Part shown: positions 12,001 through 18,608 of the stretch, in pieces
How positions within the stretch are numbered: the first letter of the stretch is position 1
Layout of the letters: every line of letters begins with the position of its first letter
Source of the DNA: Candidatus Micrarchaeota archaeon
GTDB taxonomy: Archaea; Micrarchaeota; Micrarchaeia; Anstonellales; Bilamarchaeaceae
Direction: 5' to 3'
DNA length: 64,000 nucleotides
NCBI GenBank assembly: GCA_040754495.1
Contig: JBFMCO010000022.1
Coordinates: 24,908-88,907, forward strand
Position numbers and translations under genes: made by a program
The notes under the pieces: model-generated
What the model saw: only the letters and a program-made list of their open reading frames with translations
What the model was told of the DNA's origin: nothing
Database searches by the model: none

Positions 12001-15000
12001 GGCAAATTCGCTGGGTGTGCTCGACAATATAGTGGTAGAGTCGCGGCCGGGCGTCTTGGACGAAAAGAGGACGATGCAGGCGAGGAAGGAATTCATCAGG
12101 AAGAACCCGGAGTTCTTCGACCTAATCATGAGGGGCGGACTCGAGGAGGTCATCTCCGCGAACCTCGGGGCCGGCGACGTGAGAATCGCAGGAGTCTCGC
12201 ACGCGGGCGGCATGGCGCGGGGCGCGTACGGCGTGGAGGTCCTCCTTCCGGACGGCAGGAGGAAGCGCGTGTTCGTGAAGCTGGAGGACCTCGGGCCTGC
12301 CGCGTTCGGGGCTGATTTGGCCAGAGTCGAGGGCATGATTGCGCCGAAAGTCTTCACTGCGGATTCGCAGGGAAGGCCGCTCTCGTATGACGTGAGCTAC
12401 AAGGACCCCATCGGAAAGAGGATGGTGAGCGGCCAGAGGCGCTTTGGCATCATGCTGGATGTCCGCGACACGGTAGGGCAGAAGGCCAGGGTGAGGACCG
12501 CGGACGGGAGGTTCAGGGAGATAACGGTCACGAGCGTGGCGCTCGTTGGCGACGACATCTTCAATGCCAGGTCGCTTGACGGGATACCCCAGCCCTCCAG
12601 GGCCGCCGCGGAGGACTTCTGGACCGCAATGGGAAGCGAGGGCGGGCGCGAGGAGATGTTCAGGACGTGGTACGCGTACCAGGAGATGTCAAGGCGGGCC
12701 ACCCTCAGCGACAGGCACACCGGGAATTCGATGTACGTCATCGGCGTGACGTCGGATGGCGAGACCGTGAGGACGTTCCAGCCCATAGACCCGGACGATA
12801 TCGGAGCCAAGGTCGAGGCCAGGCCGGAGGGCATGAACTTCAGCGAGTTCAACGATTTTTCCGCGCTCTACACGTCGAATTTCGTGAACGGCCTGTACCT
12901 CGCGTCGGATAACGCCGCGAGCCTCGGCCTGCTCAAATCCCCGATCAACCGCGCGCAAGCGAGCAGGGCAGCATCGAGCGACGCCGCGATGTCAGGGTGG
13001 AGGCTTCCGGAAGACCCCGGGTGGGTGAGGTCCGCGGCTGAGTTCATAATCATGGATTACGATGGCAAGCCGTTCGGCCTCGGAACGGACATGACGATAG
13101 GCGGGCACGGCTCGTACATAAAATACCATGCCGGCAGGAGGAGGGCGGCAGGCTACGACGGCCGCGTCCGGATGTACTCGGACGAGATGCTGGCGGTTTA
13201 TCGGGGAGCGCAGGACCCTGCCAACGCGGCGGATGTCGCGCGCAGGGTGGATGAGCGGATGGGCTGGGAGAACGCCGGCCACATGAGGGCGCTTGAGCGG
13301 AGGTATCCGGACCTCGGCACCCTGCCTCCGCACATGCAGGAGTACAGGGAGCCCCTCGAGCGTGCGCGCAGGCGCATAGCGGGCGGCGAGAAGCCCGATG
13401 ACGTTTACCTTGACGAGTCGAAGAGGATGCTGAGGGCTAATCCCCGGGAGAGGGCGAAGGCCGAGGACATAATCACGAGGCACGGGAGGGGCGTGGCAGA
13501 CGCCGAGGTGTCCGCGGTCCTGGAGTTCCAGAAGAGAAACGGCATCGCGTCTTTCGAAGATGCGGCGTATGCATTCGTGAGACAGCAGGCCGCGCCGAAA
13601 CCTCCAGCGGAACCGCTGCAGCCATCCGAAGCCATTTACCGGAAGCATGAAGCGAATATTTTCGGCCCTGCCCGGGGGCAGCTTGGCAGCGAGCTCCTTG
13701 CCAGCCTGAGGGGCGCTGAGGAGAGGATAGCCGGCATGGTGCCTGAGGGGCCGGAGAGGGAGCGCGCGCTCAAAAGATGGGGCGAGTTTGCAGACCGGGC
13801 GCTCTCGCGCATCGCCGATCTCCCGGCACCCGAGCGCGCGGACGCGCTGGCGCGCTTCATGATAGCGGGCGACTATCTCCTCACAAGGGCGGCTGAGAAC
13901 CCGGCGCGCACGAAGGCATGGCTCGATTTCATCGCCGACAACCCGAACGCCGTCGAATACGCCATGCTCGCCAAACGAGGTCTCGACATAAGGGCGCAGG
14001 ACATAGTCGTGGCCGAAATCCGCCCCAGCATCCATGACATGTCTGACAGGAAAGCGCTGAAGAAGGCCCTCGGGAAGAGGGTATCGTTCATGGAGGACGT
14101 GATACGCGAGATACCGGAAAGGTGGTTCATGGAGGCGGGGGTGAGGCGCGATTATATGATGGACCTTGCAGGTTCCGACCCGCTCAGGGCGGCGGCCGAG
14201 CTCGACCGCGTCACGATGCCGCACGGAATCAGTGTTGTGAGGAAGGCAACGGGCGTGTACCTCGCAGAGGTCTCGCACACGTTCTCGCTGCATGGCCAGC
14301 CGGACATCCGGGGCCTCGTAATAACCGGCGCTTACGGGACGGGCGACATGTTCGACGGCATGACCGCGTATTTCAATCCCCTCAGCGGCAGGATTTTCAT
14401 GCGCGGGACTGCCCATTTCGCGGAGGCCGGCATACCGGAATCCGCGCTTCCGGGCATGAAGATGACGTACGTGCATGAGATGCAGCACCTGCTCGACAAC
14501 GCCGGCGGGTATGTCGCGGCACTCTCGGCCAGGTCTGCAGGGCGCGGAATGGCCTTCATGCCGGAATACCGCGCCAGGCTCGAGACCACGGCGGTCGCGA
14601 GAGAGGTCCTGGAGATGGTTCCCCGGCTGGGGGGCCGCGGGACCGAGGATGCCATCAACGCAGCCATCAGGAAGGACCCGGAGGAATACAAGCAGGCTTA
14701 CAGGAAGGCGCTGGACGCCATGCGCACAGGCGAGGACGGAAGGCCCGACCCGGACTGGGCGGGCAGGCCGCCCGAGGTTCTGCAGAACCGGCTGAGGAAG
14801 CTTATAGACGACGAATACCGGAGCCTTATGCCGCTGAGCTATACCGAGCTCTACGGGCCGACAACCGCAGGGATCGTCCGCGGGGAGATCACGGTCAGGA
14901 AGCCGGCCGCCCCCGAGGCCGTTCCCTTCAAGCCCGCCGTAGCCGCGGACTCGGCTCCGGGACGCGGGGAGCCGGACCTGCTGCGCTCTGCCAAGTATGA

Positions 15001-15796
15001 AAATGGAATCCTGACGATAGAGGCGGATTACCTGGGAGGCGAGCTTGCACATGCGGTGAAGCCGCAATTCGCCGAATCCGCGGTGAATGGCGAGTTCATC
15101 CCTTCCGGCGACAGGACAAAGCCGAGCGGCCTGTGGCTCTCGTGGGGCTCCGGCTGGGATTACTTCACAGGGAGCAACCCCGGCCTGATGTTCAAAGGCA
15201 CCGTGAAGTTCAGGGCCGAGATGAGGTCCGGATTGAAGCTCTTCCTGCTTGACGGGCGCGAATCTTTCGATAGCATGATGGCCGAATTCCGGCGGGAAGT
15301 TAAGGTCGCCGAGACAACGGGGAGCGGGTATCCGGATGGCACCTGGCCTGATAACAACTGGGTGTACTACGAGAAGAGCCCATGGCAGTGGCTTAGGGAA
15401 AGGGGCTATGACGGCGTGGCCGTGACGGAGGAGGGATATCTGGATACCAATTTCCAGTTCGGCTGGGACGCGGCCTCCATAGTCATTTTCGAGCCTGCGG
15501 GCAATGTGCGCCTGCCTGGAGGCGAAGCCAGGCTGGAGGAGTACAGGAAGGGTGCCCAGGGCAGCGCGGACGCCATGCTGCCCCTTATTGAAGAGGCAGG
15601 CCTGCCGTTATTCGGCCCGAATAAGGCGTATGACCTCATAGAGGCGTACGCCGGCGGCAGGGCTGAGCGCAGCCCGGGAAAGCGCATCGATGCCGAGGAT
15701 GAGGCTTTCCTTAAAAAGCTCCTGGACGAGAAACCGGGCCTTGAAGAGGCTGCGAAAAGGATTATCGAATACGTTAGAAAGAGGGAAGGGGGATAG
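2..15796 (+). CDS. Giant multidomain protein (>5,260 aa, 5'-truncated; polyvalent/polymorphic-toxin-like)
   Basis: The frame is open from base 2 (no stop before the GTG at 38) to TAG at 15796. It contains hydrophobic helices (1664-2119), a GNAT-like segment (~3836-4170), three repeated kinase-like modules with VK..D and DRxxxN...ID motifs, an LGRGSSADVY/VAVK/DAG kinase (7331-7770), HEMQH (14474-14488) and KPSGLWLS...GYDG...WDAASIVIF (15119-15496). Confidence 0.9.
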   Translation, partial: SVAKAAIERYEIVERNIYNALPTAVIDEWDHHGTIALRGEPTPENEEGPVLGRVSMEKIRRYESEHPDDTALGGGLSLKTLLTKMKKAAEEGDDEAFRKYEKAFFSRLYLVAGRILRREQLEENRQEVKKYIEVLEGFTAAITIDQLVPYGWLEGDDERLKKVTALEKQLKNNEISKAEFESKLNVILSERLQMIEQNKFTDKVPGPMRETVRQLAPRAKALLERARGLYGKLEKMDNNSSEFPLEEYKQVVKDLSALTEEYQTQRKISVAYSHIDQQLQMNKSYHEAIAGEGALASDYPDAYGRAVKFLGFSNGHFKKAQELLLKGEFKQAGAEFERGINRREWALMEADPNVLFGQANTYLGNLPISMLTGVPIIPESTTAMDEVSMIKHRPGWGVLKLAARGRGEDPYKYTYGWAKQQMENDQDVNLGNPARPDYVKDPQQSWAYYNYSPITEYGADFMGYEELGGRLWNSVLEGDGRKVQRYQKQMLVMEASVFYIPVDTFIDGINSKITYKDWQKRIHFQAMYNGDLAYDELFGDWGLMDARTGAKIAEGVGMFALSIATMGLGSVGFVVGGGKMLWDAIDGIQKDLAKYGEVTTMSWVNLGLTVVGLGASAAAGRLVKASQTAIEAAKLGDAAKFTTQVARAGRFATAARVVAYTDITVNVIGMVPQFYYGIKLMAEGKYAEGTQQLAFGAFSAFMAYHGGVQQLRGMRGLKTEIAKMGALREAHAKAPEVFASLSTPEGMFSFLQRVRARDPVSLVIYDNLPKPQRILFDGMLADRNVVSALKKNDIGLARGAFDSGLETFKQLSDLGGTRALTDAAHLGTQAGLEPFMRDLLIPESATGPQRTRRDAAYARLGEMKKRPETAEAAATIETLLKDKDVQKGNETGVLKIGWAADEIRSQQMQTINRYTDSVVSGEQARLGLYSSEGEAARANAKRIGDSYLAYARARSEGKPFDWDYHAKRMGMGPEDAKKLFAKLDAVPDARTVAGVISREGVRQAVRNRVALDGRAILGDTPLTELAGEGALFSRWGELTPEDLFGMALNRRERAAEELEGAGRETDGRLAAAKRERATALSREADALDAEVKRRQAPEEVLTPDSLRSGAKEKFGRAQRLRSEGRDEEAFALESEARRSIALAADLEKFGEYGIVRATPDGQFIHRDFPDRRFTRAELDDAAILVRAIRKRGVPTDKRLLAIYDALPKEVKKDYRGGEDALMKSVLDVIYSRRGQAAEAAAPVLRSEELPVPSDPALAAVAGMTVPGTNLRWGVIPPDQVLQWQAKVYEAYKAAYGKIGLIYDSPEAMFAKNPEVLVATDGEGRIVAFTILKKTAFGTKLSLVGAVPDIPEGRAAARAMIQGFPALEGAYITAPGAPAHLAIKAGVPVVPYDSARIIQGEVPAEAGSPGAYQNGEGKWVRQEAQRGDGPEGMAAISRMPGFADSELVKHAIAQDGVKPGAKPEELTWNDLVEQAVKMGELPDRPEVRQNAFAVPMVINGKPEIVVKVMFGKPPADALEVRSVLQSRGIGGQVAADAINLYKIFNGEQVPLEVASRYMDVTLHDQYTRIKQEKIASGMPETKADAEALVEVAKSMAPRAGEGGLEAGGPISQEGVELLRMAEGKLDLVEGLTGADVAKATLDWSQPRLEMLRILTVEGSPYRERFLAADPAERAVIADAIARGATPERAFLKAAEGMVPADGRKLLEVGERLKGLPEAERNLRLRDLESLNPALGRMLKRLADPATPETVKQEIAAEWDSAVAGAERHKRVNEARAARDAAQLAEQELALLKGTPDEQAAGRVPAWIESAAKARGKDPAALHEALVKAYGEGGTEGRLRVLNELGALGGMPEGVRSTFVQNSPEFFELIVRGGLEGRVAAMPGFEGGIIVNAEKLEGLRGAYKIDVEMPDGSKRSLFVKAEDLVPAQLGSELAGGHGLLPPVIHAADGQGMPFTYDTGIRYTDPVSGQETAHMQEFGIMEDVHDYATARHSDVIMLPDGRSAQVTVESVAVVSREVFADPARMQAILADEHHPAHKVVKAFWELAKTEEGRQRIFQAWRAYHELSRRAMLLDRFDRNTVAVLVTTPEGESVLTFQPIDMDYVAGKIGSDGDLRFFNDDFASASVDFATKIAGAAGVPAETVLGEMAKAYGSDSVFPREAADERAAAAASVRATLNKYDGKPFGAGYDVEDYGKTIGKDYVEYGGRDRIVGRRDGRAILHAGDITPLGERIGGAEAEADFSRFNREKFERMAKPLEEAAPPPAVEAQPPAGEKTPPGKRGAGNVTPPARPGAMRGAPAGGPRTVPGKRGAGGGEPVAAPGGRRKVAIGGGEVELEPAPERAPELAAMKISEDELSQLGVSYQGLYQDGAGRRLNVFETEAGGERRLVAIPADLSGKAMLDAIGAEVRALGRPTELPPELRGMPPDVSSQVGMDGAPKARLLSSEPLGRGSSADVYLAEMVIDGRPTRVAVKIYKNPEGNGTWQERAEYFADEVRKAKILGDAGLGPKVFGIADAGGNMAFAMEVIEGKPMYIDEMAPGLRAKYINEDTFAQVRKMYDELIAHGYEIGDFDFMILTEGPNAGRVVFLDAGALREVPRGAQGEPRPRYGDGAKRAEGGRLQAEAMTAMEYFTKMDRDELAAVAEVSKGLLGQGHVDSDTMRLLAVRWGSREGRARAIGEYITSIAGADEQKAKATFDALKRIEAETGIRLLPDGARFEDLAARAGEGEISEAEIIAPMSGDDYHAALAGMRTQAARESVALHFSGRGEIPDAATFENAAILADEAAGAKVPEQGQAELSVYYDGNGRIIGIADNERLFYGDPKAINDKTPEAKVRVDLESGRIVSMDERGMKNPLLADLVGLRILPGKGAEGAGPGGRGPPPLPPMKVLDEGSIVSAYASGTGQAQRTRAARSFVMLDGEGQGRVISELRSQGRHEEARHLTELQAIGGEAGAGIERVYGIPRDEIITIYAREPTAQGARKALAERLGIVILPFEWEHYPADRRQWVSVPYRDFRSFEDDHFLFGLITSGNMIDTVSQMYPGGRIASIEYHNGAIGAYEVAIRTQNGETRTVFVKRQDLRPDAAGSDYSVRSGVPAPEVITSAGGRELTYVGPDGEVSRYGIITNMRDFGGMMRFGGVEAQVRATDETALWDLDRSPLAGSLMSQDPQVRAKFWEELGYMLAGSYATGIWDRHAGNARAMVLEVQNADAHTNPADQSSPTVGEALSQKGYWVWQQDGKTYMFMIGGIDTDTAANYLAGEAHGSFDMTGMNIRYGYVDLHSLFNRLATIRGTSVDALVMEAFGDVSGGQVPGPVAMGMKRWWRDFGSDPHYADEMAGRFSSHEGESIGFGYPRTEQELDVIRQGGVLHQENPQNGDPYTIIAFADGRSRMRPEYEIVHREDIEALDPRIAAMFPPGRDMYAVEITGEVRKAVPDIDKRTNRIRTSDGRMVAIIDSADPLAKTLLDGGIPMVKARRDMPRQGEVAVDDATGIIRAAPGFGKLTGIQAYQAGPVPVFRAMMGAGEGFMLGQFAHIGHYILAKETSVREAAQVPAGVVAGEIEAPGIERMPAPAQVEGVRGGMRDLVGAVRSGDEGRIRAAEAEYDKRLGVLARLRPDTELRVVENETLFADLAPGGQAQAKVLAADYLRNRSAGKKLDGDLLVIDYLVSHGMNAVDAAAAVVNLGGAGKAPAPVTLPPYVAEHFGTRQPDPVTAENALILAGDRNTLGRLGIPDGLGRVLKSEGMAVVSEGKRMTEVRGYYDLESGRIIYLGRTDAPREVTAGGVEFVLRFDHESGRVSIPESEDVPLPDSIARLNGMRIAPPPQAVPFGVFGIFMPLFKYFRKPPAAAPQPEAVPIKVPRSRNDIQGRAEGIRGLPPDQQAQELAGLHDAVAAEHGDVYARNYRDMMEELVKHPEHSGRILDEWEAVRAEEKHYEALERARRYAFSAAEGFGIVRGQDRKLISGGEYAADMARSRGEKPKAFRKRLLEAYDAGFRRGGVLDARLGVANSLGVLDNIVVESRPGVLDEKRTMQARKEFIRKNPEFFDLIMRGGLEEVISANLGAGDVRIAGVSHAGGMARGAYGVEVLLPDGRRKRVFVKLEDLGPAAFGADLARVEGMIAPKVFTADSQGRPLSYDVSYKDPIGKRMVSGQRRFGIMLDVRDTVGQKARVRTADGRFREITVTSVALVGDDIFNARSLDGIPQPSRAAAEDFWTAMGSEGGREEMFRTWYAYQEMSRRATLSDRHTGNSMYVIGVTSDGETVRTFQPIDPDDIGAKVEARPEGMNFSEFNDFSALYTSNFVNGLYLASDNAASLGLLKSPINRAQASRAASSDAAMSGWRLPEDPGWVRSAAEFIIMDYDGKPFGLGTDMTIGGHGSYIKYHAGRRRAAGYDGRVRMYSDEMLAVYRGAQDPANAADVARRVDERMGWENAGHMRALERRYPDLGTLPPHMQEYREPLERARRRIAGGEKPDDVYLDESKRMLRANPRERAKAEDIITRHGRGVADAEVSAVLEFQKRNGIASFEDAAYAFVRQQAAPKPPAEPLQPSEAIYRKHEANIFGPARGQLGSELLASLRGAEERIAGMVPEGPERERALKRWGEFADRALSRIADLPAPERADALARFMIAGDYLLTRAAENPARTKAWLDFIADNPNAVEYAMLAKRGLDIRAQDIVVAEIRPSIHDMSDRKALKKALGKRVSFMEDVIREIPERWFMEAGVRRDYMMDLAGSDPLRAAAELDRVTMPHGISVVRKATGVYLAEVSHTFSLHGQPDIRGLVITGAYGTGDMFDGMTAYFNPLSGRIFMRGTAHFAEAGIPESALPGMKMTYVHEMQHLLDNAGGYVAALSARSAGRGMAFMPEYRARLETTAVAREVLEMVPRLGGRGTEDAINAAIRKDPEEYKQAYRKALDAMRTGEDGRPDPDWAGRPPEVLQNRLRKLIDDEYRSLMPLSYTELYGPTTAGIVRGEITVRKPAAPEAVPFKPAVAADSAPGRGEPDLLRSAKYENGILTIEADYLGGELAHAVKPQFAESAVNGEFIPSGDRTKPSGLWLSWGSGWDYFTGSNPGLMFKGTVKFRAEMRSGLKLFLLDGRESFDSMMAEFRREVKVAETTGSGYPDGTWPDNNWVYYEKSPWQWLRERGYDGVAVTEEGYLDTNFQFGWDAASIVIFEPAGNVRLPGGEARLEEYRKGAQGSADAMLPLIEEAGLPLFGPNKAYDLIEAYAGGRAERSPGKRIDAEDEAFLKKLLDEKPGLEEAAKRIIEYVRKREGG

Positions 15797-15814
15797 CTGC
15801 CGCTGGAAGGGGAC

Positions 15815-16357
15815 TCAGGGCACGGCCTGCCCGTTTATCACGAAGCTGAATTTCTGCCTCTCCTTCTCAAGCGCCTTCACGGTTTCCAGAGAGTCCTTCA
15901 GCATGCGCAGGAAAGGCTCCCAGGAGCCGCTGCCGGAATGGATGCTGCGGATGGCCTCGGAAACGACGACCTTCCTTTTCTTGTCCACGAAAGTGCAGTA
16001 GATGCTGCTTCCCCGGCGCCTGACATCGATGCCGTATTCCGCGAAATCCTCCTCCGGCGGAAGTGTGGCGCCGAGCGCGAGCGCGGATGCGACGGATTCT
16101 ATCCCCTTCCTCGGCTCGGACGAATAGGACTGGACGCCGACGCCGTCCTTGAGATAAAGGCTGTCCGGAATCCTGAGGAGCGGCTCCAGCTCCCGGGGCA
16201 TCCCGCCGGCGATTTCCGCGAGGGTGTCCATGAGGCGCTCTTTAGTTGCGCGGTCCCGCAGGAGCGGATCTGCCAGCATCTTCTGGAACCTTTTTTCGCC
16301 TATGTCCGTTACGGTTGCTCCGGCCGTTTTCTTTTTTCTCTTTCCTGCCATCGTCAC
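15815..16357 (-). CDS. Hypothetical protein, paralog family A (copy 1)
   Basis: Shares IP..LY, YGI and CTxVDxKRxVVV motifs and GSW..FL with 17458-17988 and 16354-16902. Confidence 0.75.
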   Translation of the reverse strand: MTMAGKRKKKTAGATVTDIGEKRFQKMLADPLLRDRATKERLMDTLAEIAGGMPRELEPLLRIPDSLYLKDGVGVQSYSSEPRKGIESVASALALGATLPPEEDFAEYGIDVRRRGSSIYCTFVDKKRKVVVSEAIRSIHSGSGSWEPFLRMLKDSLETVKALEKERQKFSFVINGQAVP

Positions 16358-16902
16358 ACCAGGTACATGTCGCCGCAGTCGCTGACCGCTACTCTCCCCG
16401 GCTTCGCCTTCGCGGCTGCCTCGGCGGCCCTTATCGCGCCAGCGACTTCCGCCCAGTCCTTTTTTTGCGGCTTGTCCATATAGCGCATGAGCGGCTCCCT
16501 CACCATTATCCTCCGGCCCATGTCCGCGAGCACGAGATAGACTGTGCTTGTCGTCTCATAGACGGCGATGCCGTATCCCATGTCGGGCTTCCGGTCCATA
16601 TGGCCGGATGAAAGGAAACGCGCCAGGACAGCGTTTATCCCGAACCCGGCGTCATCCGAAAGCGTGATTGCATTACCGGCCTCGCGCCGGTAAAGGCGCG
16701 CGGGGAGCGCAAGCGCCGCCTTGACATCCTCGCTCCAGTTCTGCGCGTATCCTGCAAGGCCCGAAGCGGCGTCCTCCCGCGACACGGAGGCAGGTGGCGC
16801 AGCTTCTGCAAGATGGCCTTCAGTGGCGCCGGCCTTCGCGATGAACGGCTTTTCCGGCGGAGGCAGGGGCACTGGACCGCGGGCATCCCTTTTCTTTGGC
16901 AT
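16354..16902 (-). CDS. Hypothetical protein, paralog family A (copy 2, divergent)
   Basis: LPARLY and GYGIAVY...LVLADMGRRIMV match the family pattern; 4-bp overlap with the next gene. Confidence 0.7.
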   Translation of the reverse strand: MPKKRDARGPVPLPPPEKPFIAKAGATEGHLAEAAPPASVSREDAASGLAGYAQNWSEDVKAALALPARLYRREAGNAITLSDDAGFGINAVLARFLSSGHMDRKPDMGYGIAVYETTSTVYLVLADMGRRIMVREPLMRYMDKPQKKDWAEVAGAIRAAEAAAKAKPGRVAVSDCGDMYLV

Positions 16903-16934
16903 GAGTAAAACTTGCGATGAACCGTTTAAAATGG

Positions 16935-17432
16935 CTAGGTCGCCTCGATGAGCCGCCAGTAGGTGTTGTTGTCGAGGATGTTCCTCGCCTTCGCGAGGTC
17001 GGCCGGGGGAATCTGCGCCCCCGTATCCAGCGCCTTCTTCACCGAGCGCAGGAATGCGAGGTCGGCCCGGGCGGCGGTTATGCAGCCCTGGACGATGCGT
17101 TCTATCTTGCCCTTGGCTTCCTCCCGCGACGCCTCCCCGCTTTCCAAGGATACCTCGATTTTTGACGGGTCTGCCAGGCTCCTGAAAACCACGCCGGAGC
17201 CGCCAAGCTCGTCTTTCTTCCCTCCGGCCATGCCCCGGACGAAGCTCTCGACGCCCCTCCGGAGGACGCCTGCCCCGTTCTCCAGGTCCCGCTCGAGGTA
17301 TTCGATTTTGCCATCAATCCCGCGGGCAAGGCCGGCCATCTCCAGGCCCTCGCCTTTTTCCGGGGCGGCGCCTCTTGACGGGAATTTTCCTGAATCGCGC
17401 TTTTTCGGGAAGGGAATCACCTTTCTCTCCAT
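16935..17432 (-). CDS. Hypothetical helical protein
   Basis: 165-aa ORF co-oriented and closely spaced within the cluster. Confidence 0.6.
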   Translation of the reverse strand: MERKVIPFPKKRDSGKFPSRGAAPEKGEGLEMAGLARGIDGKIEYLERDLENGAGVLRRGVESFVRGMAGGKKDELGGSGVVFRSLADPSKIEVSLESGEASREEAKGKIERIVQGCITAARADLAFLRSVKKALDTGAQIPPADLAKARNILDNNTYWRLIEAT

Positions 17433-17457
17433 GGGGGGTTATTGGCGAATCGGGATT

Positions 17458-17988
17458 TTAAATTGAGCTAACCGAGCCTTCTTTCACAATCACGAACTCG
17501 AAGCGCCTGCCGCTGCGCCTGTAGGACTCGGCGAGCCTGAGCGCCTGGGAGAGGCTGTCCAGGAATCCGGTCCAGGAACCGGTGCTGACGTACATGTTCT
17601 TTATGTCGTCGAACACGACTACGCCCCGCTTCCGGTCCACCAGCGTGCAGAAGGTGTTGTCGCCCCGCGAGCTGATGTGTATGCCATAATCCGGAAGGCC
17701 GGGCGGGAACCCTGAGCCCAGCATGAGCGCCCCTGCGGCTTTCGCCGCGCCTTTCTCGGCATCAGATGAGAAGGACGATTCGCCGGTGCGGTAAAGCCTG
17801 GCAGGGATTCCAAGAAGGTGGGCCTGCTCGTCGCTCATCGGGACGATTCTCCGCAGCTGTCCGATGCACTCTTCCCGCGTTACTGAATTGGCGTCGGTCA
17901 TATTGCGCCTCCTCCTCCACTCCGCAAGGTCCGTCATCCCCGACTCGCGCTCCGGCGCGCCGGAGGAGCGGCCCTTCCCGCCAAGCAT
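17458..17988 (-). CDS. Hypothetical protein, paralog family A (copy 3; start may be ATG 17937)
   Basis: IPARLY, DYGIHIS, FCTLVDRKRGVVV and GSWTGFL align by eye with 15815-16357. Confidence 0.75.
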   Translation of the reverse strand: MLGGKGRSSGAPERESGMTDLAEWRRRRNMTDANSVTREECIGQLRRIVPMSDEQAHLLGIPARLYRTGESSFSSDAEKGAAKAAGALMLGSGFPPGLPDYGIHISSRGDNTFCTLVDRKRGVVVFDDIKNMYVSTGSWTGFLDSLSQALRLAESYRRSGRRFEFVIVKEGSVSSI

Positions 17989-18028
17989 GCCATCTAACTC
18001 TTGCGAAGATATTTTAATGGGGCACGGA

Positions 18029-18553
18029 CTAGCGGCCCGTCCTGATTCTGTCCGCGAAGCGCTCCATGGAGCAGGATGGGTTCCCGGGGTCGCGGACCGC
18101 CATCTCCAGCTCCTTGAGCCGCAATCCGTCGGGATGGGCGCGGTCTATGAAGCGCGCGATAATTTTTCCGCCCTCTTCATGGAGCGAGAGATACCAGTAT
18201 TTCACCCACTGCGAGATGTCGCCGAGAGTCTCGCCTTCCATGCGCGGCCTCTGCCTCGACGACTTGGTGTCGCAGAGCTCGAGGCCGCCCTCGAAGCGGG
18301 AGAGCCGGACCTTCGGCGGGAACGCGAGCGCCACGTAGATGTCGAAGCCCGGCTCTGCGCCGAGCGTCCTGCAAAGCTCGGCGATGGCTTGCCGGGCCTC
18401 CACGGTCTTCCGCATGGGTATCGGCCAGCCGGGGCTCGCCTTCCCGGCACGGTCGCCTTCCGGTTTCATGGCATCCAGCTCCCGCCTGGGGGGCCGGCCT
18501 GGCTTTTCCGGCGTGTCCGTTTCGCGGGGCGGGCCGGTGATCCTTTTGACCAT
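18029..18553 (-). CDS. Hypothetical protein
   Basis: 174-aa ORF starting just after an AT-rich promoter-like region; first gene of the minus-strand cluster. Confidence 0.55.
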   Translation of the reverse strand: MVKRITGPPRETDTPEKPGRPPRRELDAMKPEGDRAGKASPGWPIPMRKTVEARQAIAELCRTLGAEPGFDIYVALAFPPKVRLSRFEGGLELCDTKSSRQRPRMEGETLGDISQWVKYWYLSLHEEGGKIIARFIDRAHPDGLRLKELEMAVRDPGNPSCSMERFADRIRTGR

Positions 18554-18608
18554 AGGATATTACTTATGGTTATCAACATTTTTAAACAGAATTAATGACA
18601 TATTGTGC

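Noticed and set aside
12992-15067. Long antisense ORFs (for example 691 aa here, 58944-60542, 41340-42347)
   Set aside because: Shadow frames of GC-rich real genes: Arg/Pro/Ala-rich with no motifs.
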